Shown: piece by piece, positions 51,313 through 62,670 of the stretch
How the letters are laid out: each line of letters starts with the position of its first letter
Numbering within the stretch: the stretch's first letter is position 1
Assembly (NCBI GenBank): GCA_036867785.1
Contig: CP145411.1
Span: 868,001 to 932,000 of the forward strand
Direction: 5' to 3'
From: Plasmodiophora brassicae
Lineage: Eukaryota
DNA length: 64,000 nucleotides
The notes under the pieces: generated by a model
What the model saw: only the letters and a program-made list of their open reading frames with translations
Told to the model about the DNA's origin: nothing
Database searches by the model: none
Made by a program: the position numbers and the translations under genes

Positions 51313-54074
51313 ATGTCCAGCCAAGGTTCCAGGCTGCTGAGCCCTTACCGGGCAGTCGGGCTGGTGTCCGGGTCTGTGCCGTTCCATGTGACGAAACTCG
51401 GCACGGAGCATTTCGTGACGGTTGCGCTCGACAAGTTCTTCCATGTCTACAATGTCGGTTGGATCTATGTGAGGTTTCTGTCCGCGTCGATCTTATTGGA
51501 ATCTCGGCCAACAGTGTGACCGACTCCGACTCGTGAATGTTGGGCGCTCCGTTCCCCATCGCATTTCGTCGATTAGTTCCGGCCCGCGTGGCGATCTTAC
51601 GTTCACCGCGAACGGCCCCGATGTAACCATCCATAGGCGAAGCGATATCATTGCTACCCTGTCCTGCCATACTGCGGATGTCACCCATCTTTACTCAATA
51701 GGTCCGTCAGTTCCTGTGCATTGTTTTCTCTGGGTTGACCGTTGCTCGAACAGGGTCGTCACTACTATCCATGGGTTCCGACCGGAAACTGTGCGTCTGG
51801 GACATCGCTGATGTCGTTTCGGCCGTCGACGCGAAGTCCGACCATGCCCCGCATCCGATCCGCGTAATCGACCTCCCACATGACGATTCATCGTCCTGCA
51901 TCTGTCACCCGGAAACCTACCTGAACAAGGTTGTCATCGGGTTCACGTCGGGTGCGGCCCAAATCTACAACATCCACTCCGGTCGACTAGTCTATCGGAT
52001 TCGGGAGCCGTTCCCATCTGCTATCCTGCGCATGGCGCAATCGCCCATCGTCGATGTTATCGCGTTCGCTCTGGCGAATGGCGACATCGTTATCCACAAC
52101 ATCCTGACCGACACTCATGTTGCCACCTTAACACATGGCACGGGCGTGCCCGTCACCGCTGTTGCCTTTCGAACCGACGGTGTGGCAACGATGGTATCGG
52201 GAGGAGCCGATGGATCCCTCATCGTGTGGGATCTCGCCCATCGCCAAATGCTGTCTCGGCATGCCTCTGCGCACAACGGACGCGTTGTCTCGTGTGCCAC
52301 GTTCCAAGGGGAGCCCGTTCTCCTCACGTCCGGTAGCGACAACCGCTTGTCCATGTGGGTATTTGACGGCGACGGTATCCGCCTGCTGAAATCCCGTTCT
52401 GGTCATACGTCGCCGCCGTCTCGCGTACTGTTCCATGACCGCAGCCAACTTCTTTCCTATGCGGGCACCGACCTTCGAACAATCTCACTGATTCGCGACG
52501 AGCGTAACTGCCGTTTGTCTGATGGCGGCACCAAGTTGCCTCCAATCACTGCTGTTGCATGCAGCGACGCCAAGGAGAAGCAATGGGACAATGTGCTCAC
52601 CTGTCATGAGGACCACGCCACCGTGTACACGTGGTCGTACGCCCGTATGGCTCGAGGCAAGAAATCGTTCACGTGCCCGAACAACGATATCGCCACCTGT
52701 GTCTGCATCTCCGCCTGTGGCAACTTTGGGTTCGTCGGGACCGCTGGCGGTGCCGTCCACAAGTTCAACATGCAATCGGGCATGTTCAGGGGGTCGTATC
52801 CGACCGTGTCACAGGGTATCACCGGTGTTGCATGCGACGCGATGAACACGAACGTCGTCGTGACCGATTTGGGTGGCAGCGTTCGCATCTGCGATTTCCG
52901 TCGCCTGTCCGTTATCGAAACGCTGCCGATGGGCAGCCCCATCGCGCTCCTGCGAATTCATCATGCGAGCGGGTTGATCGCCGTTGCGTGCGACGATATG
53001 ACGATTCGCATGATCGACCTGGCCACGCGCAAGATCGTTCGACGGTTTTCAGGCCACACACGAAGTCTGACCGATGTGGCGTTCAGCGCTGACGCCGGCA
53101 TTGTCGTGTCGGCGTGCACAGGTGGCAGTGTTCGGGCGTGGGATATGCCCACCGGGGCCTGCTTCGACTGGATGCAATTCACGAAACAGGTGACGAGCCT
53201 GTCGGTGTCACCCGCGGGTGACTTCGTCTGCACGACCCACGCCGGTAGCCCTGCTGTCTTCGTCTGGGCCAACAATGCGCATTTCTCGACTGTCTTCATG
53301 AAGCGATGCTCGAGCCCACGATCCATGGCGATATCGACGAACTCCCGCGATATGATGGAGACGGCCGATGGCGACGATGTCGACGTTGATGGTCCACACG
53401 ACGATGCCGATAACATCGTCGCGTTTGAGCAACTCCTCCCTGCGCGAGGTCCCGTCGCCAACATGCTGACGTTGTCGTCTGTACCGGAATCTGCCTGGCG
53501 GAACCTTGGCGTTCTCGATGAAATCAAGAAACGCAACCGGCCGACGCAACCTGTTCAGGCTCCACCGACGGCTCCGTTCTTCCTGCCGACCGTGTCTGGG
53601 CTAACGCCCTCTTTGGCACTTGCCGAAATGAGGAAGAATGTCGATGGCGCGCAGGATGGTAAATCGAAGCGCATGCGGTCGGATGCCGCTGACGAGCTGT
53701 CGTCGAGTTTCAAGGCTCTGGTCCAGTCGGGACGGTACGAGGAAGCGACCGCGTTGCTCGCGTCGGTGCAGTCGGCGTCTGCGCTTGACCTGATTGTTCG
53801 AAGCATTGGACTCGACGTTGACAGCGAGGGGGACGAATTGCTGGGTGCCGTTGAGTATCTGATCCACGCGGTTGAGAAGCGTTCCAGCTTCGAACTCGTA
53901 CAAGCGTTCTTGGGTCGCTTCCTGTCTGTTCATCAAGGCTTGCTGTCCAGCGCGGCATTCGCTTCTCGAATCAGCGTCCTGCACGACCGTACGTGCTCTG
54001 CATGGCGTCACGCGGAAGAGATGCTTCATTCCGCCCAGGCCATGCTGGCGTTCTTCAGTGGAATACAACTTTGA
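51313..54074 (+). CDS. UTP21: U3 snoRNP WD40 protein UTP21/WDR36
   Basis: SRLLSPYRAVGLVS..VPF, HPETYLNKV, RLLKSRSGH, REKQWDN-like KEKQWDNVLTCH, SACGNFG, FNMQSG, KKRNRP...APFFLPT. Confidence 0.95.
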
Positions 54075-54170
54075 GACTGGACCATTCTGTACATTTGAAA
54101 CTGTGTTTGTTGGACATGTGTTTATTAGGAAGATTCCGGGGAATTTGATTTTTCACCATGAGGACACTTA

Positions 54171-54397
54171 TGTCGCTTCGAACGTCTGTCCGGACCAGAC
54201 GAAGAGTTCGAAGAGCGGGAACGGTATCTGACCAAGCTGCAGCGAGGCGCCTGTGTGAAAAGCGCGAAACCGCCGAGCTGAAACAGAGGGCATATAGCAA
54301 ACAACCAGGTGAGGCATAGCATCTGTTTGAGCTCGGTCAGATACCGTTCCCGCTCTTCGAATTCTTCGTCAGTGCCGGACAGACGTTCGAAGCGACA
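54171..54397. repeat. Long inverted repeat: 68-bp arms (54171-54238 and 54330-54397), 63/68 complementary, 91-nt loop
   Basis: Direct base-by-base comparison of the two arms. Confidence 0.9.
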
Positions 54398-54526
54398 CCA
54401 TCTCTTTCTGACGGAAGGTCTTCATCAGCATGTCAAACCGACGCTGTGCCGCAGTACTTGGCATGTCAGCGTCGAGGTACCGCGGAAGATTATCACTTAT
54501 CAGCGATATAAACTGCCAGGACGCAG

Positions 54527-54598
54527 GAATTTGGGAGGCAATAGGGTCTCGACGATCCCGTCGGAATTCTTTACCGAGCTGTCGCTGCTGACGGAACT
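54527..54598 (+). pseudogene. Orphan 72-nt LRR exon (NLGGNRVSTIPSEFFTELSLLTEL) with AG/GT boundaries
   Basis: Same size, phase and consensus as the downstream LRR exons, but lies upstream of that gene's ATG. Confidence 0.55.
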
Positions 54599-55310
54599 GT
54601 TCGTACCGTTGGGTTGTATTGCGAGTGCGCTAGGAAGTCCGGATTGGGGAGACAACCATGCAATGATGATCACGCTTGGCAGCGGCTCTGGATTGTCATC
54701 GGCTCGATATCTTGTTCGCAACCGGATCTTGTCAGCCGCAACGCGCTCTTTACCGAGCTGCCCATCACAAAAGTTATCCCAATGGGGCTCGCTATCGCTA
54801 ATCTAAACGCTGCTCGTCGTCGCACGCGCCGTTGCCACTTCCTATCAACGTTTGGCCAAATGGTGCGAGCGTTGAATTGCTCAGGAATTTGCAAGAGAAA
54901 TCACGGCGAAGACAATAGCAAATCTAAGTGTGCTCGCTGTTTCACTGCGAGACGCATGCAGGTCCGAGACAACGAGGAACGCCTCAGTGGAGTGGTGCCT
55001 AATCAACGTGCGCGCAGGTCATTGCTTACCGAGTGCAAGAACGAGATGTCTCATACATACAATCGAATAAGAAAATTGCAAAACCAGAGTATGGGCATGT
55101 CACAGCCACGCCATTCGGTTGCCTACATGGTGAAGGTAGACCAATGGGCATAATGGCCGATGTTCAGTGTGGCCAACGGCCATAAACCGAACAGTCGGTC
55201 TATTTTAAGAGAAACGGCGGCATCCACCTGATGGAGCTGAGCAGTCTGAAAATCGAGCTTGGACGTGCGCCGCGCGATCAGTGGCTGCTGCTGCAGGTTC
55301 CGCTGGACCG

Positions 55311-57798
55311 ATGTTCCCAAAGATGGCCCTACCGCATCTGACCGTGGCGATGCTGTTGGTGGTGATTTGCTCGTCTCCGAACAGCACAGCGATTCTTGGG
55401 AAGCGCACCTTTGAGGTCATGACGTCGCGGCCGCGGGAGCCGTACGTTTCATTGCGCCTGCTTGTCAGTAGATTGCGACATTTGATCGGTACCCAGAAAT
55501 GCGTTAAGCACACGTACCGTTTACCTGGAGGCGACAAATGGCGACACGCGTGCCATCCGCTTTGATGTCGCGCGACGATACGAATTGCTACGCGGGATGA
55601 TCGATTTGTCAGACCCAGAGGAGGATAATATCATCATTCGGGTCCCTGTCGATGCTGCGTTGATGGAATCGGTGCAATGTGCCAGAATTGTCATGTCGTA
55701 TGTCCAACTGATGCTAGCACAGCTGATTGAACTATTGTCAAGCGACCGTATTCCATCTCATGTGAACCATAAGGTTCTGCTGCAAATGGCACCAGCCATT
55801 CTGTTCGTCAATGGTGACCACGTTCTCGACCGCGTCTGTATGGCACTTGAAGGGCAAATCGCAATTCCGAACGGCCAGTATTCGGCCTCGATTGTCGCGC
55901 AGCTTTTAGCAGACTATGCTATCACGTGTGCATACTTATTCGCGTACGTTCCCAGGCCTAATATGATAACAGTATGGATGCAGGTTGGGCGTTTGCGATC
56001 TGCCAGATAATTTCATCGAGAAGTGTACCTCTCGAATAGCCGTGATGTACTTTCGACGAAGCTGCCCACCCATTCTGGATGGCAAGACCCTCTTCTGCCG
56101 CGAGAAGGGTATATGGGGCTTCCTGCAGAAAGACTGGTTTTCCAACCTGACGTGCGCAAATGTGGAACATGTGTACAATGCCAACCCGTTACCCGATGTT
56201 TGAGTGCGAGCAATCGTTTTGACTCATGGGCGCCCTCAGGGATGTCGGCGTCAACAACATCGGAGCAATCGTAGGCGAACGCGTTTTCGACAGATTTCGC
56301 TCGTTGCGGGCGGTGTATGTACTTACGCCTGCCGGCCAGTGACCGTCCTGACTGGTGCACAGGGATTTATCGCACAACCGAATCTCGGCTATCACGGACG
56401 GCGCCTTCGCTGGATTGTCGTCGTTGCACACACTGTATGCGTCACTCGTGCCCGCCTGATCAAAGGATAGCACACATGTAACTGCGTACAGGGACTTGGC
56501 CAGCAATCAGATCTCGACTGTCTCGAGGGGAGCTCTGACCGGCCTGCCGTCGCTGAAGGACCTGTGCGTCCGCTGTGTCTTTCCGTAAAGCGCACGGTTC
56601 TTCTGATCGATGTGCAGGTCTTTGGCCGTAAATGAGATCGTGACGATCGAGGCGCTTGCCCTGGACGAACTGTCATCACTGGAATTTCTGTATGTGTTTG
56701 GCTTCCTCCAAGGATATCGAATCGTTATTGGTGTACAGAGATTTGGAGGGCAATCAGATCTCGACGGTCGAGATAGGTGCCTTCGCGACGTTGGCGACGC
56801 TGAGGATCCTGTCCGTTAAACCGAGACAGTCTAGCTACCGATGGGCCGGGCGTATCTAACTGGTAGTTAGGCGTCTGACTGACAATTCGATCTCGATGAT
56901 CTCGACGGGCGCTTTCGCCGGATTGCTGTCTCTGGAAGTCCTGTATGTATCAGTGTGATGCTATTCGAAGCAACCGACCTAAATGGGCGCTGTGCAGATA
57001 TTTGGAAGACAACCTGATGTCATCCTTCCGAATGGGTGTCTTTGCGGGATTGCCATTTCTTCGTTATCTGTATGAGCCATTTGAGCCTGTGTGCAAGTAA
57101 AAACACTAGCTGATTAATGCAAAGGGATCTGGGCGGCAACCAGATCACGACGATCGCGATGGGAGTCTTCGGTCGGTTGCCGGCGATGCAGACGCTGTAT
57201 GCGTCATTGTCATGCCTGCCGAACTGTGTAATTGCTTGAACGAATGATGCAGGGATCTGGAGTGCAATCGGATCACGCGGATCACGAGGGGCGCCTTCGC
57301 TGGAATGCCGGCTCTGGCCGTCCTGTGTGTGCCCTTGTGACGACTTGCCAGTACTCGGTACGGGTGTCTGACTTGTATATAGGCAATTGGCCCACAATTT
57401 AATGACGACCATTGCTACTGGCGACTTCATTGGATTGCCGTCGCTGAAGACTCTGTATGAATAATGGCTGTATTTACACTCCACTGGGGCACCCTTATCT
57501 AACTGCTGTACAGGTTGCTCGGGCACAATGATATTTCGGCGATCGAAACGGATGCTTTCAAGGGATTGCTATCTTTGCGCGTATTGTATGTATCGTTGGA
57601 TGCCCTCAGATTGCTTTTCGTATCGTTGAATATGCTTTCAAGGGACCTCACTGGTAACCCTGTGTGCAGGAACTGGAATGACTCGTATCGCGTTCCTAGG
57701 TACGTGCCGTCGCTATCAAGTACGAGGTCTTTGTGAATCTGACAGGCAAGTGGGACTGATGCAGCGGCCTACGGAACGACGCACTCGTCGTATGCTAA
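55311..57798 (+). CDS. Secreted protein: signal peptide - SKP1/BTB-POZ-like domain - Cys cap - 11 LRRs - C cap
   Basis: MALPHLTVAMLLVVICSS splices in frame (55441/55497) to VYLEATNGDTRAIRFDVARRYELLRGMID...IIIRVPVD. One 75-nt and ten 72-nt LRR exons follow, then DLTGNPVC and TAA at 57796-57798. Confidence 0.8.
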
Positions 57799-58130
57799 TG
57801 TCGAGCAAGGGCAACAACAGTACCTAGTCGAGCATAGTCATCATTTACGTACACGGCCCTATGCCTCTATGAACTATATGCCTGCGAGTGCGCGCGTGCA
57901 AATGCCCGACCTTCAAGATACAGGCGTCTGCCAACGATAACCCGAACACACTCAAATATCAGCTGGCACGGTCGCTCCCAGCAGTATACGGTCGTTCCCA
58001 GCAGTATACGGTCGCAGTGGGGTTATCCTTCGAATACGTCCCTCCCGCAAAACGGCCAGGGGCGCGTTTTGTGAGTGGTTGGTGCGGGAGGCGCGGTTGT
58101 CCAGATCGCCAGTCCGTCGTCCTGTCAGAA

Positions 58131-58659
58131 ATGCGGGCGTCACCAGCACGACGGAGGCAACACCAGCCCGTGTACGTCGTCGATGACGACGACGACGACG
58201 ACGACGACGACGATCTTGAGGTGGTGATCATTGAGGACACGAGGAGTCCGAGGAGGCGTAGGCAGACGTCGTCGTCGAGCGCGTCGTCGGCGTCTCGGCC
58301 GTCGCGACGGAAGAGGTCGAAGGTCAGGGCGGCGACGATCGACCTGACCGTCGAATCAGATGAAGACGGGACCAAACCGAAAGCAAACCATGTAAATGGC
58401 CTTGCTGACGGCGTCAGCGATCAAATCCTTAGACAACTGTCGTGCCCGATATGTTTGGATCCAATCAAGGAACTCTCCAGTTCCACCTGCGGCCACGTCG
58501 TAAGCTCATTACGGTCGATGCATGGGTCATTATTCTGACTGCTCGCTGTTGCTCCAGTTCTGCCACACCTGCATACGGGAAGCGGTCCGCATTCACCATC
58601 GGTGTCCTTCCTGCCAACGGAAGCTCAATCTACGTGACATCCATAGAATCTACTTGTAA
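58131..58659 (+). CDS. RNF4-like RING E3 with SUMO-interacting motifs, two exons
   Basis: SIM-like VYVVDDD, LEVVIIED, TIDLT; RING CPICL...TCGHV/FCHTCI...CPSC...IHRIYL*. Confidence 0.8.
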
Positions 58660-58959
58660 TTGTAAATTTAATCGATATCGCAAATCTCGATATGCTCAGT
58701 ACCGCTGCTGTCGAGAACCTCGACCCGCCAACACGTGTCAATCCTGACGTCTAGTCCGGCGATGGAATCATGTTTCGTTGCGGAATGCAGCATGAGCGGA
58801 CCCGATCGGTTGATTGTATCCCATCCCCGGCCTGTCAGGACCGGCTGTCGATCAAATGATAACATTTGCCTGGTCTACGGGGAGACTCTGAACGGGACCA
58901 TATTGTGCCAGCTGCATTGTCGTGAGGAGGGAACGAATGGTACTCCCAGGGATTCGGAC

Positions 58960-59139
58960 TGATTCAAGCAGTTCGAAGCGCTTAGGAAAGTGAAAGTCCC
59001 CAGTGTATCTAACGTGGGGGAAGCCGACGTCCCCATGACGTCGCACACACAGTGGCACGGTCGCCACTGTGCACCAGTTGCGTCACGTCGTCGTGACTCA
59101 TGGGTCGGCCACTGTCGCTAGCCTTCCCATTATGAATCA
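58960..59139 (-). repeat. 3' LTR (180 bp)
   Basis: Identical to 63511-63690; terminal inverted repeats TGATTCA...TGAATCA. Confidence 0.95.
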
Positions 59140-59145
59140 GCCGCC

Positions 59146-59748
59146 CTAAGGCGCCAGCGACAGGTCCACCCGACCCATCCCGGCCGCCCTCTTCATGACC
59201 TCCACAGGTTCACGAGTGGTCGGCTTGGTGAGCGCGTCCGCCGGATTGTTCTTTGACGCCACGCGCTCGAACCGGAGCAGTCCCTCCTGGACGCACTCTC
59301 GCACATAGTGCCATTTCACCCGAATGTGCTTGTTCCGGTCCGTGACCCCGAGCGTCTTCACCATCTGCTCGGCAGCCGTGTTGTCCTCCAGCACAATCGA
59401 CGGGTCCGTCAGAGTGAACCCGATGTCGGTGAGGAGCATCCGGACCCACACTACTTCACGCGCCAGCTCGCTGGCCGCCACGTACTCCGCGTGCGCTGAG
59501 GAGGTCGCCACCAGGCTTTGCTGCTTCGATCGCCAGCTCACAGCTGCGTCCATCAGCGTGACGATGAATCCCGTGACCGACTTGGATGTGTCCGGGTCCA
59601 TCGCAAAGTCCGAGTCGACCGCCGCCCGGGGCTCCGACTCCTTCACGTTGTCTTTGTTCAGTGCCATCGGGTCGAATTCAGTCGCCGGTGTCTTGCTCTT
59701 CGCGTAGATGATGCCGACATCCGTGTTGTTCTGGACATATCGCAGCAC
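59146..59748 (-). pseudogene. Copia RT-end/RNase H segment, detached from RT
   Basis: VLRYVQNNTDVGIIY, VDSDFA...KSVTG, SWRSKQQSLVATSSAHAEY, EDNTAA, KHIRVKWHYVRE, NPADALTK. Confidence 0.9.
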
Positions 59749-60109
59749 GTCCCACAAGGCGCACTTCGAGGAGCTGGACTTCATCGCCGACAAGGACCGG
59801 CCGACGATCGGCGGCATCGGCCCGCAGCGAATCAAGGTCCATGCCAGGGGCAACGTCCGCCTCAAGCTGGCTAACGGCAAGTCGATCACGCTGACAAACG
59901 TCGCGTACGCGCCAGATGCATCCGCGAACATCTTCGCGGTGCGTTCGGCACTCCTGCAGCTCGGCAAGGACGGCAAGACGGGCGCGGAGCACCATGAGCA
60001 GACGCGCTCAGCCCGGCTCCTGGACGGGGCCGGAAGGACGATCGTGACCAGTACGGTCCGCAAGGGCCTGTACTACCTGGATCTGCACAAGGTCCAGGAT
60101 TTCGAGTAG
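59748..60109 (+). pseudogene. Copia protease, C-terminal part (catalytic DSG motif missing)
   Basis: TSHKAHFEEL...IGGIG...GNVRL...LTNVAYAP...NIFAV...GLYYLD, ending at TAG 60107-60109. Confidence 0.8.
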
Positions 60110-60133
60110 CGGGGGTGGCGCTGGCCGCCCCCG
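60097..60133 (+). promoter_or_regulatory. Candidate programmed -1 ribosomal frameshift signal
   Basis: G_GAT_TTC at 60097-60103 in the protease frame; 6-nt spacer; stem CGGGGGTGGC-gctg-GCCGCCCCCG; the -1 frame is the IN-RT ORF. Confidence 0.7.
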
Positions 60134-62670
60134 ATCACGATCATCCAAACCAGCCAGAAAACAAGAGCCCGAGCAAGGAGGAGCCGGCCGAGAAGAAGGA
60201 AACGCGCAAGCCCGCGGACGTAAAGCGCGACAGAACGATATCATTGGCGGAGGCGCACGCGAGGTGCGGCCACCTGTCCACGATCACGATCAGAAAGGCA
60301 GTCAAGAACGGGGCAATCACCGGTCTCAACATCGACGAGGCCGACCTGGCGAGCGACGAGGTGCCCAGGTGCAAGGTGTGCATCGAGGCCAACCTCAACC
60401 GAACGGCGATCCCGCGGAGACGGACACGGACGGTGCTCTCGAAGCTGCAGATCGTCGGGGCGGACCTGCAGACGTTCGACACCAGGTCGCATGACGGAAA
60501 GACGTACATGGCGTGCTACGTTGACCACGCGACTGGTGTCGGTGCCACGGTCAACCTGGCAAATAAGGGTGACCAGGAGCAAGTCGTCATGGACGTGCTG
60601 ACCCGGCTCGAGGTCATGGGCGGCACACGCGTCGACACGTTCCGCGCCGACCAGGGCGGCGAGTTCACCTCGACGCGCCTGGCGAAGCTGCTGCGCGAGC
60701 GGGGAATCGCACAGGAGTTCAGCGACACGGACCGCCCGCACCAGAACGGTCTCGCGGAGACGTTCGGTGGCAAGATTGTCAAGATGATGCGCGCAGCTCG
60801 TGTCCAGTCAGGCGTCCCGCGCAAGTACTGGACCGAGAACGGGCGGCATCAGACGTGGGTAGCCAACCGCGTGCCGCTCCAACGACACGGCCACCGGACG
60901 ACGCCAATCGAGGAACTGACGGGGGAACAAGCAGACCTGTCGAGGGCGATGCCATTCGGTTGCGAGGCGTGGGTCAGGATCCGGCGGCAAAAGAAGTGCA
61001 AGCTGGACGCCAGGGCCGAGCGCGCGGTCCACATGGGGGTGTGCATCGACAAGAAGGCGTACCGGCTGCTGCTGTGGCACAGCCGCAAGATGATCGAGTC
61101 TTCGGACGTGGTCTTCTTCCCCAACGAATTCCCGTTCAAGGATGACAGCGGCTCCCGCGGAGAGGAGACCCGCAAGCGCCAAGAGACGGCGCAAGCCCAG
61201 CTGCAAGGAGGCGGCGATGGCGGTCAAGACGATCGTCATGGGCAAGAAGACGACGGCGGTCGGGACGATCGCGTCGCACGACAAGACGACGGCGATCGAG
61301 AAGGTCGCGTCGGTCAACAACAGGGCGGCGGCCAGGATGGCCGCGCCATTCAGCGAGGCGGCGGCGGGGACGACCGTGCCAGGGAACTCGCAGGTGCCGG
61401 TGAAGACCGGCATGACGGACGCGATGAGCAAGCAGCTCAGGGCGGCGGGGATCGAGGACCTGCTGCTCAAGGCGTCCCTGAACCGAGGCGGTCGACGCGC
61501 ATCAGAGGAGCGCCCGCTCGGTTTGCCGACGTGGACTACGACGGCGAAGCGCGGCGCCAGAGGGCGGCCAGCGCCAGGGCGGCAGCAGGGGCTGCCGACA
61601 ACGTCGACCAGGCGGCAGCAGCAGATGCTGTCGACCACGACAACGAGGCCAACGACGACCCGGACAACGAGGACCAGGTCAACCAGGACGAGGCGCTCGA
61701 GAACGAGGACAGCTACCTGGAGGAGGAGGACGCTGGCAACGCGTTCCTCACTGAGTACGAGGCCGAGAACGGGCCTGACCGGGACAAGTACCTGGCGGCG
61801 CAGGTCGAGGAGATGCAGTCGCTGAAGGAAGCGGGCACGTATGAGATCGTGGACCGCCCGACCGACGCTCAAGTGCTGCCAACAATGTTCGTGCACACGA
61901 CGAAGCGCGACGAGGACGGGGAGATCACGCGCCACAAGGCCCGCTTCTGCGTCAAGGGATGCTGCGACAAGTTCAAGGGCCAGAAGGAGACGTACTCGCC
62001 GACGCTCCGGTATGCGACGTTGCGCATCATGGTGGCGCTGGCGGCCATGCTGGGCGTGGTCATCCACCAGCTGGACGTTAAGACGGCGTTCCTGAATGGA
62101 GACCTGCCGTACCCGATCTACTGTGAACAGCCGAAGAACTTCGTGGTCGGAGGACGCGGCAAGGTGATGAAGCTCCTGAAGGCGCTGTACGGCCTGGTCG
62201 AGGCGCCGAAGCTCTGGTACGATAAGCTCGTATCAGTTCTGTTCGAAATCGGCTTCACAAGGGTGACCGGCGACCCGTGCCTGTTCGTTATGTTCACGAC
62301 GAAGGACGGCCGCAGACAGATCACGATCCTCGGGGTGTTCGTGGACGACTTTATGATGTTTGGCACGGATCCCGACGTCATCGAGTACGTCAAGGCAGCG
62401 TTGGGCAAGAAGTTCAAGATGAAGGACCTCGGCATCGCGAGATGGATCCTGGGGATGCGCATCAAGCAGGAGGCAACGCGCATCACGATCGACCAACAGC
62501 AGTACGCCAAGGAGGTGGTCGCGCGGTTCCAGACCGACATCGACGAGGCAGCCGCCGGGCGCCGCTTGCGCGCGCCGGCCACGGCTCTGCCTGTCGGGCA
62601 GATTATGCCCCGGCGAACCGACGGTGTTCCGCACCAGCATGAGCGGTACCGCGAGGGCGTTGGTTGCCTG
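60103..62670 (+). CDS. Copia integrase and reverse transcriptase (inverted block, RT C-terminus truncated)
   Basis: HARCGH...CKVC, RADQGGEF, QNGLAE, KLDARAE, HKARFCVKG, HQLDVKTAFLNG, LLKALYGL, FVDDF, MKDLG, YREGVGCL. Confidence 0.9.

Noticed and set aside
54171-54397. MITE interpretation of the inverted repeat
   Set aside because: No target-site duplication and no recognisable transposon termini; not fully excluded without a copy-number search.
56240-57585. ~127-nt periodicity suggesting a CRISPR-like or tandem array
   Set aside because: Explained by 72-nt LRR exons plus introns; no identical direct repeats.
57968-58015. 20-bp tandem duplication (ACGGTCGyTCCCAGCAGTAT) upstream of the RING gene
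   Set aside because: Only about 2.4 copies; a simple slippage duplication with no evidence of function.
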